From: a virus
Taxonomy: Duplodnaviria > Caudoviricetes
Reading direction: 5' to 3' (one strand)
Virus record (IMG/VR): IMGVR_UViG_2840500688_000001
Coordinates: 6,810-70,809 of that record
DNA: 64,000 bases
Of the stretch, positions 36,471 through 45,126 are shown one piece after another. Positions within the stretch are counted from its first letter, which is position 1; each line of letters begins with the position of its first letter. The position numbers and the translations under genes were made by a program. The notes under the pieces are model-generated. The model was not told the origin of the DNA, did no database searches, and saw nothing but the letters and a program-made list of their open reading frames with translations.

Positions 36471-36964
36471 TAATGTTTAAGTTAGGACAAAAATCACGTG
36501 CAAATTTAGTGGGTGTGCATCCACATTTAGTGGCCATTGTTGAACGAGCCATTCAATTGACTCAACAAGATTTTCAAGTTTTTGAGGGTGTGCGCACAGC
36601 CGCCCAACAAAAGATTAATTACCAAAAGGGCACGTCCCAAACATTACATGGTTCACGCCATTTGATTGGCAAGGATGGTTATGCCCATGCGGTTGATTTG
36701 GTGCCATTGATTAATGGCAAGTTGGCATGGGATTGGAATGGTTGCTATGCGATTGCTGAAGCGGTTCGACAAGCGTCCATTGAATTGAATATCCCGATTC
36801 GTTGGGGTGGTGTATGGAATGCATTGCTATCTGAGACCCGCGGCATGACCACAAAACAAGCGCAACAAAAATATGTTGATCAACGCATTCGCAGTGGCCA
36901 GCGTGCTTTTGCAGATGGTCCACATTTTGAATTGCCTCTCTCTCCACAATATCCACAGTTTTAG
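36461..36964 (+). CDS. Endolysin, M15-family
   Basis: Same motifs as, and close homologue of, 4733-5227; start may be 36473. Confidence 0.9.
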   Translation: MGLIMFKLGQKSRANLVGVHPHLVAIVERAIQLTQQDFQVFEGVRTAAQQKINYQKGTSQTLHGSRHLIGKDGYAHAVDLVPLINGKLAWDWNGCYAIAEAVRQASIELNIPIRWGGVWNALLSETRGMTTKQAQQKYVDQRIRSGQRAFADGPHFELPLSPQYPQF

Positions 36965-36973
36965 AGGGTAGAC

Positions 36974-37183
36974 ATGGAAAAGATTGATGATACAAAAATC
37001 ATGAGCTTAGGCGCTTTTGTGGTTGCCACCATTGTTTTATTGGTGATTGCAGTGCGTGATCCAAGTGCCTTGGGTGAAATCTATTGGATCTATTGTTTGG
37101 CATTTGCAGGCTTGAAAGTGTCCAAAGGCATTGTGACCACATTCCAAAAACGCGATGCCTTAAAAAAGGATGACCATGAATAG
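36974..37183 (+). CDS. Holin-like protein
   Basis: 69 aa, two TM segments, charged C-terminus, follows the endolysin. Confidence 0.6.
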   Translation: MEKIDDTKIMSLGAFVVATIVLLVIAVRDPSALGEIYWIYCLAFAGLKVSKGIVTTFQKRDALKKDDHE

Positions 37184-37421
37184 TTTTGTGTGGGGCTTAG
37201 GTGTGCTCGGTGTGGCTGCATTACTGATCAAAATTGTGATGTGGCGCATGGCACAGTTAAAAAAGCAGCGAGATGAAGCAATTAAAGAGGGAAACATTGC
37301 GCATGAAATCATTCATAACGTCAAAAAAGCGAACCACATTAAAGCGCGTCATGCTCAGTTGTCTGATGCTGATCGCATTGAGCGCATGCGCACCAAAGGT
37401 TATTTACGAAGTGAGAAATGA
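37170..37421 (+). CDS. Inner-membrane spanin-like
   Basis: N-terminal TM plus coiled coil; overlapping lipoprotein gene. Confidence 0.6.
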   Translation: MTMNSFVWGLGVLGVAALLIKIVMWRMAQLKKQRDEAIKEGNIAHEIIHNVKKANHIKARHAQLSDADRIERMRTKGYLRSEK

Positions 37422-37551
37422 CAGTTGGTGTCTCATCTTTGATCCCATGTATGGCCATGAATTGGACACCAGTGGCACACAAGAACAATTAGAAAAGTAC
37501 ATGGATTTATACACATATTTTTGCAAAGAAGGCGGAAGCAATGGCAGTTGA
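37351..37551 (+). CDS. Outer-membrane spanin-like lipoprotein
   Basis: MLSCLMLIALSAC lipobox from ATG 37351 within ORF 37273-37551. Confidence 0.6.
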   Translation: MLSCLMLIALSACAPKVIYEVRNDSWCLIFDPMYGHELDTSGTQEQLEKYMDLYTYFCKEGGSNGS

Positions 37552-37903
37552 GAGTCATCAAACAGTAACAATTCGGGAAGTGAATAAATCACTGCTGGCA
37601 ATCCTAAGCACTTTTTTTGGCATCGGTATTGCCATTGCCACTTGGTATTTTTCGGCGAATAACAACCGATTGGACAAGTTTGCCAATGTGCAAAATGAAA
37701 TGAATTTAAAGATTGAGAAATTCAGCATTACCACTGAATTGACTGATCTGAAGGTCACAAAGTTGGAAAATCGTGCAGATGCATTTATGACCAAGATGAG
37801 TGCTTTTGATAAGGAACTCTCTGAATCAAAAATGATTTTGAACAATCATGACCAGCTTTTAAAGAAACATGAGAATCAGATTAAGGAGCTCGAAAAACGA
37901 TGA
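37541..37903 (+). CDS. Hypothetical protein, one TM plus coiled coil
   Basis: Hydrophobic residues 17-37 then heptads; same position as 7049-7351. Confidence 0.6.
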   Translation: MAVESHQTVTIREVNKSLLAILSTFFGIGIAIATWYFSANNNRLDKFANVQNEMNLKIEKFSITTELTDLKVTKLENRADAFMTKMSAFDKELSESKMILNNHDQLLKKHENQIKELEKR

Positions 37904-38256
37904 GAAAGCTCACATCACTGACCCAAATGCTTGAACAATATGTGGATCAATCAAAATTTGATGTGTTTACAGATGAAGGCAAGATGACCAAAAGCAATGC
38001 CAAAGCGTTGGATTATCGTTTGAGTTATCGCGCCAATATTTACATTAATGATTTTGCAGGCGATGCATTGTTGTTATTTGCCGCGGTTGGGGAATGGATG
38101 AGTGAGCATGCCAGTAGAACAGGCGGTGATGAATTTATGCGATTTGAAACGGCATTAGAACGTGAAACAGATGCATTCATTGCCATTGAGTTGCAGTTGG
38201 TTGAGAACGTATCCGTCAAAAGATTGGATGGGAAGTTGGTGACTCATGCATGCTGA
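37900..38256 (+). CDS. Tail completion protein (P2 R)
   Basis: 'MRKL.SL', 'VF.DEG', 'SYRANI...DF.GD', 'L.L.E.V'. Confidence 0.8.
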   Translation: MRKLTSLTQMLEQYVDQSKFDVFTDEGKMTKSNAKALDYRLSYRANIYINDFAGDALLLFAAVGEWMSEHASRTGGDEFMRFETALERETDAFIAIELQLVENVSVKRLDGKLVTHAC

Positions 38257-38680
38257 TTTAGGGGCTTTAAAAGATTTGATCAAAGTATTATCGCTCGTTG
38301 AACGAAAGAAGTTGGCCAAAAGTTTGGGGATGGTGGTGCGTCGAAGTGCAGGGCAAAGAATCAAGAAAAACGTGGATCCTGAGGGATCAGCATTTGTCCC
38401 ACGTAAGCCACAAAAATACTCAATGAAGAAAGGCAAAATGTTTAAGCGCCTTTCGCAATTACGCAGATTAAGCATCACTGCCACTGACCAAGGCGTCAAT
38501 GTGCAATATAAAAGTGGCTTAGATGGCTATATTGCAGGTGTTCACCAATTTGGGAAATCCTCCATCGTGAACCGTAAAAAACGATTGAAGCATAAATATC
38601 CCGTGCGTGAGCTGTTTGGCATCACAAACGATGATCAAAAAGCATTAGAAGATGCTGTTAAACAACATTTAGGATTTTGA
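38246..38680 (+). CDS. Virion morphogenesis protein (P2 S)
   Basis: 'RIKKNVDPEGSAFVPRK', 'IAGVHQFG', 'YP.RELFG'. Confidence 0.88.
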   Translation: MHADLGALKDLIKVLSLVERKKLAKSLGMVVRRSAGQRIKKNVDPEGSAFVPRKPQKYSMKKGKMFKRLSQLRRLSITATDQGVNVQYKSGLDGYIAGVHQFGKSSIVNRKKRLKHKYPVRELFGITNDDQKALEDAVKQHLGF

Positions 38681-38681
38681 G

Positions 38682-39314
38682 ATGTTACCGTCAGACATTC
38701 ATAGAAAACTTCAAAACATGAACCCTGTGGGCAAGATCGTCGCGGTTGATTTAACGACAGCGCCAGGCTTGGTGCGTGTTGAAATTGATCAGGGTGTTTA
38801 TAGCGATTGGATGCCATGCGCCATGCCATTCATTGGTGGTACATGGATTTGGTGTGCGCCAAAAATCGGAGTCTCTGGCACTGTGATGATGGAAGGTGGT
38901 GAAGATGATGTATGCCGTTTTGCACCCAATTATTTTGATGAAAGTAATTATCCCTATTTGTCTGAAGCTGACTTTAAAATCCATTTCGATAATGGCGATG
39001 AAATCCACCACAACACAGAAAGTGGCACTTTAACTTTAAACAGCTCTACCAATGTGATTGTCAATACTCAAACCGCAGAAGTACATGCACCCACGATCAC
39101 GTTAGATGGTGACACCACCATTGAAAAATCCCTCACGGTTAAAGGTTTTACGAATTTAGAAGGTGGCTTTGCAATGAGTGGTTCAGGCAAAGCGGGCACT
39201 GTGAACATTCCGATTGATTTTAAAGTGGATCCAACCATTAATGGCAAAAAATATAGCCAGCATCATCACAGTGGTGTGCAAGCGGGTGGGGATCAAACAG
39301 GGGGTGTTGTGTGA
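38682..39314 (+). CDS. Baseplate spike (P2 V)
   Basis: 'W.AP.IG', C-terminal 'HHHSGV..GG..TG'. Confidence 0.88.
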   Translation: MLPSDIHRKLQNMNPVGKIVAVDLTTAPGLVRVEIDQGVYSDWMPCAMPFIGGTWIWCAPKIGVSGTVMMEGGEDDVCRFAPNYFDESNYPYLSEADFKIHFDNGDEIHHNTESGTLTLNSSTNVIVNTQTAEVHAPTITLDGDTTIEKSLTVKGFTNLEGGFAMSGSGKAGTVNIPIDFKVDPTINGKKYSQHHHSGVQAGGDQTGGVV

Positions 39315-39688
39315 TGAATCGAATTACGGGGCATGAAATCCCTATGAACCAACACATTCAGCAATCCATCATTGACATCATCACAACGCGCATTGGCTCA
39401 CGTGTGATGCGTAGAGAGTATGGATCTTTATTGCCTGAGTTAATCGACCGACCTGCAAATGATGAAAACATGATGCAACTGATGAGTGCAACGGTGATCG
39501 CTTTATCCATTTGGGAGCCACGCATTACGGCAACCTTTGTGAATTTTACGCCTGTATCTAATGCAGGGCTTGTCGATTTAGAGATCGCAGCAACCATTAA
39601 GGAAAGCGGTGAACAGTTCTATATGAACCAACGTTTACTGCGTAATCCTGACGCGCTCAATGATTTTGTCAAAGGAGCATCCGCATGA
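39311..39688 (+). CDS. Baseplate protein (P2 W)
   Basis: 'HIQQSI.DIITT.IGSRVMRREYGS', 'WEPRI'. Confidence 0.9.
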   Translation: MMNRITGHEIPMNQHIQQSIIDIITTRIGSRVMRREYGSLLPELIDRPANDENMMQLMSATVIALSIWEPRITATFVNFTPVSNAGLVDLEIAATIKESGEQFYMNQRLLRNPDALNDFVKGASA

Positions 39689-40581
39689 TTAATTTGGAAA
39701 CATTACCAACGCCAGAGGTCTTTTATGAGATTGATTATGAAAAAGAGTTATCGAATTTAGAGGCTCAATTTCGTGTATTGAGTCCTGATTATGCAACGCT
39801 GGTGCTTGAGAGTGATCCCATTAAAAAATTGTTGGAACTTTCAGCCTATCAAACCGTTTTATTAAAAAACGAAATCAATGAGAAGCTCAAGCAAACCATG
39901 TTGGCATATGCCACACAAAATAATTTGGACAACATTGCAGCCAATACAGTGACGGAGCGTTTAATCATTCAGGCAGGTGATCCAAATGCCAATCCACCCA
40001 TTCCCACCATTTGGGAAGCGGATGAGGATTTACGTTACCGCGCACAAAATGCCCCTAAAAAATGGTCTGTGGCAGGACCTGCACGCGCCTATGAATTATT
40101 GGCACGTTCTGTAGATGGCAGAGTGAAAGAAGTGGGCGTACATGCGCATACACCAAAAGCAGGCGATGTGACATTAACCATTGTGACCCATGATCAAAAG
40201 GGTGTAGCTGATGAAGCATTGCTAAAGAAGATTGAAAACTATCTTGAATCTGAAGAGGTGGTGCCACTGTGTGATTCTGTGTATGTCAAGAAAGCGGAGT
40301 TCATTGATCAAGCCATTGAAATTACTGTGACGTATTACAAAGGTCAGGTGAAATCACTTGTGGATCACTCTGTACAACAACGCTTTGAAGCCTTGAAAAA
40401 TGATGTGGGGAAGCTTGGGGAAGCTCTAACACTCAATGCCATTCATGATATGGCACGCGCACCAGGTGTGCAGAACATTAAGATCATTGCACCGAAAGCA
40501 GATGTGGTCGCTAAAGCGAATCAGGTGATCCGATTAACAGGAATCAAAATGAATGATGGTGGTTTCTATGCGTCCACATGA
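39685..40581 (+). CDS. Baseplate protein (P2 J)
   Basis: 'LESDP..KLLE', 'A..NLD', 'E.DE.LR.R', 'SVAGP..AY'. Confidence 0.9.
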   Translation: MINLETLPTPEVFYEIDYEKELSNLEAQFRVLSPDYATLVLESDPIKKLLELSAYQTVLLKNEINEKLKQTMLAYATQNNLDNIAANTVTERLIIQAGDPNANPPIPTIWEADEDLRYRAQNAPKKWSVAGPARAYELLARSVDGRVKEVGVHAHTPKAGDVTLTIVTHDQKGVADEALLKKIENYLESEEVVPLCDSVYVKKAEFIDQAIEITVTYYKGQVKSLVDHSVQQRFEALKNDVGKLGEALTLNAIHDMARAPGVQNIKIIAPKADVVAKANQVIRLTGIKMNDGGFYAST

Positions 40582-41134
40582 ATTATTGCCCACATCTAGC
40601 ACGCAATTAGAACGTGATTTAGCGGATGTCTGTGCATTATCAATGCATGATTTTAGTTATGCCGCGCTCAATAGTGCAGAGGCTTGTCCAACTGAATTAT
40701 TAGGGTGGTTGGCATGGTCAAGAAGCATTGAGGATTGGGATGAATCATGGCCAGAAGAGCGCAAACGCAAAGTTATTAGAGAAGCGCCTGCCATTAGTTT
40801 GCGAGCAGGCACTGTGGCATCAATGCGTAGAGCAATGCGCTCTGTGGGTTTTGGTGAAATTGAATTCATTCGTAGAGGGAAGCGCCAACAACATGACGGT
40901 TTGTTTAAACACAATGGACGCATTCGCTATGCCAAGCAAACCACAATGACATGGGCGCAATACATCGTTGCTTTTAAATCACCATTGACAACTGACCAAA
41001 TGGAAATGGCCAAAAGCATTTTAAATGCGACCGCCCCTGCACGGTGTGAATTGTTAGATGTGCAATATGCACGCCCTATGAAGCATGACAAAACATTTAA
41101 GCACAACGGTACTTATAGATATGGAGTGAGATAA
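40553..41134 (+). CDS. Tail protein (P2 I)
   Basis: 'LLP.SST.LER', 'CP.ELL.WLAW..S...W...W.E..KR'. Confidence 0.88.
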   Translation: MMVVSMRPHELLPTSSTQLERDLADVCALSMHDFSYAALNSAEACPTELLGWLAWSRSIEDWDESWPEERKRKVIREAPAISLRAGTVASMRRAMRSVGFGEIEFIRRGKRQQHDGLFKHNGRIRYAKQTTMTWAQYIVAFKSPLTTDQMEMAKSILNATAPARCELLDVQYARPMKHDKTFKHNGTYRYGVR

Positions 41135-42361
41135 ATGCCTGAAATTTTAAAGAATATTAAAGCTGAAGATCGGCTCAAAAAGATTCGCATTGTCAGTGAA
41201 AATGATGATGTGATGGGTGGTCAGCCTGAGGCTGATGGCATGAAGGAAAATGATAATAATGCCATTTTTGACTTGGCTTGCTCAGTGATGCATGCATTAG
41301 CAGAAGTTGCCAAGGTTGATCAAAAAGCCATCCCACAAATTTTGGATGCCTTAGGTGATTCACGCACAGCAGGTGCCAGTCAGCGCATTGTGAATGAAGT
41401 CAATAAACTTGCAAAAGCTGCACAAACAGCTGCGAATCAAGCCAATGATAAAGCGAACATGGCAAATACAGCGGCAGCAACAGCAGATAAAAAAGCAGTT
41501 GCAGCGCAGAATAGATCTGAAAGTGCTTATAGTCTTGCGTATTCAAAACAAGACAAACTACAGTTTGTTGGCAGTGGTGATGTCATGAGGTCTGGAGCAT
41601 GGGGATTAGGATCAAGAGGTTTGGCAGTTGTTGATAGCGAAGAGGTCAATAAATTTTTTGATGTTAATATTGGTTCAGGTCTGTTGGAAAATTTTGATTA
41701 TTGTTATGGCATACAATGTAATCATGGATTCGCTGCTGGGTATAAAGCATTTTTAGGATTTGGACATGCCCCGGGCAACATTAAAGTATTACATTTCAGC
41801 CCAGAGCAAAAACTTATTTATCATTTATTAACTGATAAAAATACTAATGTTGATGCAAATGGTTTTATTCGTTCTACAGGAAATAAAACAACTGTAACTA
41901 CAGATGATATTGCAAACGAATTAGGTTCATCAAGTTTACTCATAGCATCACAGCAATTAGTGAATAGTATTAATACACAGAAAAGAGATAGGGATGATAC
42001 ATCCTTTTATGGCGCAGATGGTATTACGTTAAAAACTAATAATGGTAACGGTGCTTTGCTGCGCGCAGATCATTCTGATGACGACTATAACTTTGTAATA
42101 CATAGCTATGGGACTCAAAACGCTGGTGAATGGGCGGGGAGACATTTATTTTTAAGAGGGGAAAGTGGCACTGTTGCAACTAGAGAATGGGTTATTTCAC
42201 AAAGTGGAATAAAACTAGGTCCTGAGCAATTGACCCGTAGTGGATATAAAGGTTATTCAGAAGTTCCTGAAAATTGTGTGATTACACGTTTAACAGGATT
42301 TTGGGAAGGTGGTGGTAATGTGGCTGGAGCTGCATATTACAGACCAATTATTAATTTATAG
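41135..42361 (+). CDS. Tail fibre (P2 H position)
   Basis: Follows I; Ala-rich heptad shaft; 'GAWGLG', 'N.D.NGF' fibre motifs. Confidence 0.8.
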   Translation: MPEILKNIKAEDRLKKIRIVSENDDVMGGQPEADGMKENDNNAIFDLACSVMHALAEVAKVDQKAIPQILDALGDSRTAGASQRIVNEVNKLAKAAQTAANQANDKANMANTAAATADKKAVAAQNRSESAYSLAYSKQDKLQFVGSGDVMRSGAWGLGSRGLAVVDSEEVNKFFDVNIGSGLLENFDYCYGIQCNHGFAAGYKAFLGFGHAPGNIKVLHFSPEQKLIYHLLTDKNTNVDANGFIRSTGNKTTVTTDDIANELGSSSLLIASQQLVNSINTQKRDRDDTSFYGADGITLKTNNGNGALLRADHSDDDYNFVIHSYGTQNAGEWAGRHLFLRGESGTVATREWVISQSGIKLGPEQLTRSGYKGYSEVPENCVITRLTGFWEGGGNVAGAAYYRPIINL

Positions 42362-42844
42362 GTGAGATATATGAATACATTTTCTAATACTTCTAATATG
42401 GGTAAATATTTGGCTATACCATTTGGCAAACATTCGTATTACCTGGTTTATGTAGAAACAGGTAGATCACAGAATGATCGTGAGATTGAAATCTCACAAG
42501 CTCAATATGAATATTTATTACAAGAAAATCAAAAATATTCTGCTGAAATACGTGCAATCAGAAATGATAAAAATGAAATAGAACTTAAGGCATTTAGAGA
42601 TTATGCTCCAAGTGAATATCATATTTGGGACATGGATTCTGCATCATGGATGATTACTGAAGAAGATAAATTAAATTTAGAATCTAGACAGAAAGAAAAT
42701 AAGCTGAAGCAACGACAGGATCAGAAAATACAACTGCAAACAGATATGAACATGCATCTTTTGTTAGATGAAAAAGAAGAAGCAAAGGCAATTGCTCAAC
42801 AGATCAAAGATATTAATTCAGAAATTGAAAAACTCAAGGAGTAA
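42362..42844 (+). CDS. Tail fibre assembly-like protein
   Basis: 'IEISQ..YE.LL', 'PSEYHIWD...W'. Confidence 0.7.
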   Translation: MRYMNTFSNTSNMGKYLAIPFGKHSYYLVYVETGRSQNDREIEISQAQYEYLLQENQKYSAEIRAIRNDKNEIELKAFRDYAPSEYHIWDMDSASWMITEEDKLNLESRQKENKLKQRQDQKIQLQTDMNMHLLLDEKEEAKAIAQQIKDINSEIEKLKE

Positions 42845-42846
42845 CC

Positions 42847-42996
42847 ATGGAAGTGTTACGACAAATCCAAATCGGCGCTGTGCGCTATCAAAAAGGTGAT
42901 GTGATTGACGTGAAGAAATTCACCAAAGAGCAAGTTGAAAAGATGGTTCACGCAGGCTATTTGACGGATGGCAAGAATAAAAAAGGAGAGAAATAA
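42847..42996 (+). CDS. Small hypothetical protein, 49 aa (not in the ORF track)
   Basis: MEVLRQIQIGAVRYQKGDVIDV...; GGAG SD; stop overlaps the sheath start. Confidence 0.55.
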   Translation: MEVLRQIQIGAVRYQKGDVIDVKKFTKEQVEKMVHAGYLTDGKNKKGEK

Positions 42997-44168
42997 TGAG
43001 CACTGCATATTTACATGGTGTGCGTCTGACGATTGATGATCAGGCATATATTGAAACACGAATTATGGCCACAGATACCATTGGCGTTGTGTGTACTGCC
43101 GAAGATGCGGATCCTGAAGTGTTTCCGTTAGATCGCTGTGTTTTGGTCTTAGACATTAAAAAAGCGATTGCCAAAGCAGGGAATAAAGGCACGCTGTCAG
43201 AAACATTGCAATCGATTGATGCAGAAGTGCGTGCACCTGTTGTGGTTGTGCGTGTGGCAGAAGGTGAAAGTGAAGAGACGATTGCCAATATTATTGGCAA
43301 GGTGAATGACAATGATAGCGTGACAGGGCTCAAAGCATTGGCATTAGCGCCCACTCAAGTGGGTGTGACACCGCGCATTTTTACCATTCCACTTTATGAT
43401 AAATCTGAAGCTGTGGCCAAAGCATTGGTTGAGCATGCAGAACGTCAATATGGTTTTGCGTATATGAGCATGAGCCATTGTGAAAATATCGCAGATGCTT
43501 TGGTCTACCGTAAGAAGTTTGCCAATAACTATGGCATGTTCTTTTATGGTGACATCATCAAGTTTAATCCACAATTGGCCGCAGAAGTTGAGCATTATGC
43601 GGGACCAGCATTGGCAGGTTTACGCGCCCGCTTAGATCAGGAAAAAGGCTGGCATTATTCCATTTCAAATAAGGTGCTCAAAGGTGTGACGGGTTTAACC
43701 AAAGAGGTGACATATAGCGGCATCAATGGCTATGGCACAGGTGCAAACACACTGAATGAAGCGGGCATTTCTTGCTTTGTGTTAGATGATGGCTACCGCA
43801 CTTGGGGCAACCGCACCACCGCGGGACCTGATTCATCCATGTACTTTGAAGTCTTTGCACGCTCAAGCCAAGTGGCTGCCATTACTTTGGCAAATTTACT
43901 CAAAAACATGACGCAAGATCAACCGATGAATCCTGCGCGTTTGGATCAGTTCAAACAACGCGGTGATGCCATTTTATATGATTGGCAGCGTGCAGGCCGT
44001 ATTTTAGGTGGTGAGATTATTCTACATCCTGAATTAAATGGTGATGATGCATTGATGAGTGGCCGTCCTGATTGGTTACTTGAATTGACAGCAGTGCCAC
44101 CGATTGAGTCCCCAGGATTAACGGTGCGCTTATCCGATAAATTCATTAAAAATGCTGTAGGAGGTTAA
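42996..44168 (+). CDS. Tail sheath (P2 FI)
   Basis: 'YLHGV', 'TGL.AL', 'GWH.SISN', 'GYRTWGNRT'. Confidence 0.93.
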   Translation: MSTAYLHGVRLTIDDQAYIETRIMATDTIGVVCTAEDADPEVFPLDRCVLVLDIKKAIAKAGNKGTLSETLQSIDAEVRAPVVVVRVAEGESEETIANIIGKVNDNDSVTGLKALALAPTQVGVTPRIFTIPLYDKSEAVAKALVEHAERQYGFAYMSMSHCENIADALVYRKKFANNYGMFFYGDIIKFNPQLAAEVEHYAGPALAGLRARLDQEKGWHYSISNKVLKGVTGLTKEVTYSGINGYGTGANTLNEAGISCFVLDDGYRTWGNRTTAGPDSSMYFEVFARSSQVAAITLANLLKNMTQDQPMNPARLDQFKQRGDAILYDWQRAGRILGGEIILHPELNGDDALMSGRPDWLLELTAVPPIESPGLTVRLSDKFIKNAVGG

Positions 44169-44170
44169 TC

Positions 44171-44689
44171 ATGAGCATTGTATTGCCACGCATTTTACGT
44201 GCGTTTGATTTATATGTGGGTGACAACAACTATGCTGGCACCTGTGAAAAAATTAAGTTGCCGAAGAACTCACCAAAATTAGAAGAGTTGAATGCAGGTG
44301 GTTTATCACGCCCACTTAAAGTGGCTGTGGGTTATGACGCTGATTGGGAAATGAGCTTTTCAACCAAAGGGTTGGATTTTGATTTGCTGGTCAATAGCAA
44401 TTGTTCTGTGGATGGTGTGCCCATCATGATTTTGGGTTCATTAGGGGAAGGGGACAGTTGTACAGAACGAGCATTTAAAGCCTATTTTTGGGGACAAATT
44501 CAAGAAGCAGATGCAGGTGATTTATCACTCAATGAATTGAGTACAAATGATGTGACATTGGCGGTTGCACGTGTTCAGTATTTCGTGGATGGCAAAGAGA
44601 TTTACTTTGAAGATCCCATGAACATGATTCGCCGCATCAATGGTAAAGATCAATTGGCAGAGCGCCGTCGTCACTTAGGGAGACAATAA
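44171..44689 (+). CDS. Tail tube (P2 FII)
   Basis: 'LPRIL..F.L', 'EE..AGG', 'D..NMIR.INGKDQL'. Confidence 0.92.
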   Translation: MSIVLPRILRAFDLYVGDNNYAGTCEKIKLPKNSPKLEELNAGGLSRPLKVAVGYDADWEMSFSTKGLDFDLLVNSNCSVDGVPIMILGSLGEGDSCTERAFKAYFWGQIQEADAGDLSLNELSTNDVTLAVARVQYFVDGKEIYFEDPMNMIRRINGKDQLAERRRHLGRQ

Positions 44690-44691
44690 AA

Positions 44692-44994
44692 ATGAGCGAA
44701 CAAAAAACAGTGAGATTAAGCAAGCCTGTAATGGTGGGCGAAACTGAATATACAGAAATTGTGGTGCGTGAACCGAATGTGATTGCCCTCAAAGGATTGT
44801 CATTGCACGCATTGCAGTTTGGCCACACAGATCCATTGATTGAGTTGCTACCCAAAATCACGGAGCCACGTCTATCACAGACGGTCATTAAAAAGATGAG
44901 CGTTAAAGACATTAGTAAGTTTGCATTAGTGGTCACAGCTTTTTTGGTGGATCCGCTCGATTGGGCGGAGGAAGAGGAACAGATGGAGGCATAA
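44692..44994 (+). CDS. Tail assembly chaperone (P2 E)
   Basis: 'V.L.KP', 'REP....LKG', 'LLPKITEP.L'. Confidence 0.85.
   Translation: MSEQKTVRLSKPVMVGETEYTEIVVREPNVIALKGLSLHALQFGHTDPLIELLPKITEPRLSQTVIKKMSVKDISKFALVVTAFLVDPLDWAEEEEQMEA
44940..44946 (+). other. Programmed -1 frameshift site giving E+E' ending at 45137
   Basis: T TTT TTG in phase (P2-type slippery run); the -1 frame is open to TGA 45135-45137, encoding '...MCNMEISELNGWYEDAK...'. Confidence 0.82.
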
Positions 44995-45126
44995 AGTCAA
45001 AAATGGTGGTGATCGGGCTGTCGTTCCCGTTCATCACTTATGGCGATATGTGCAACATGGAAATATCTGAATTAAATGGTTGGTATGAGGATGCCAAAAC
45101 ATACCAAGAAGAGCTAAAGGAGGCAC

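Noticed and set aside
41135-42844. Invertible tail-fibre segment or diversity-generating retroelement
   Set aside because: No invertase, inverted repeats, reverse transcriptase or template/variable repeat pair seen; the Ala-rich repeats are normal fibre heptads.
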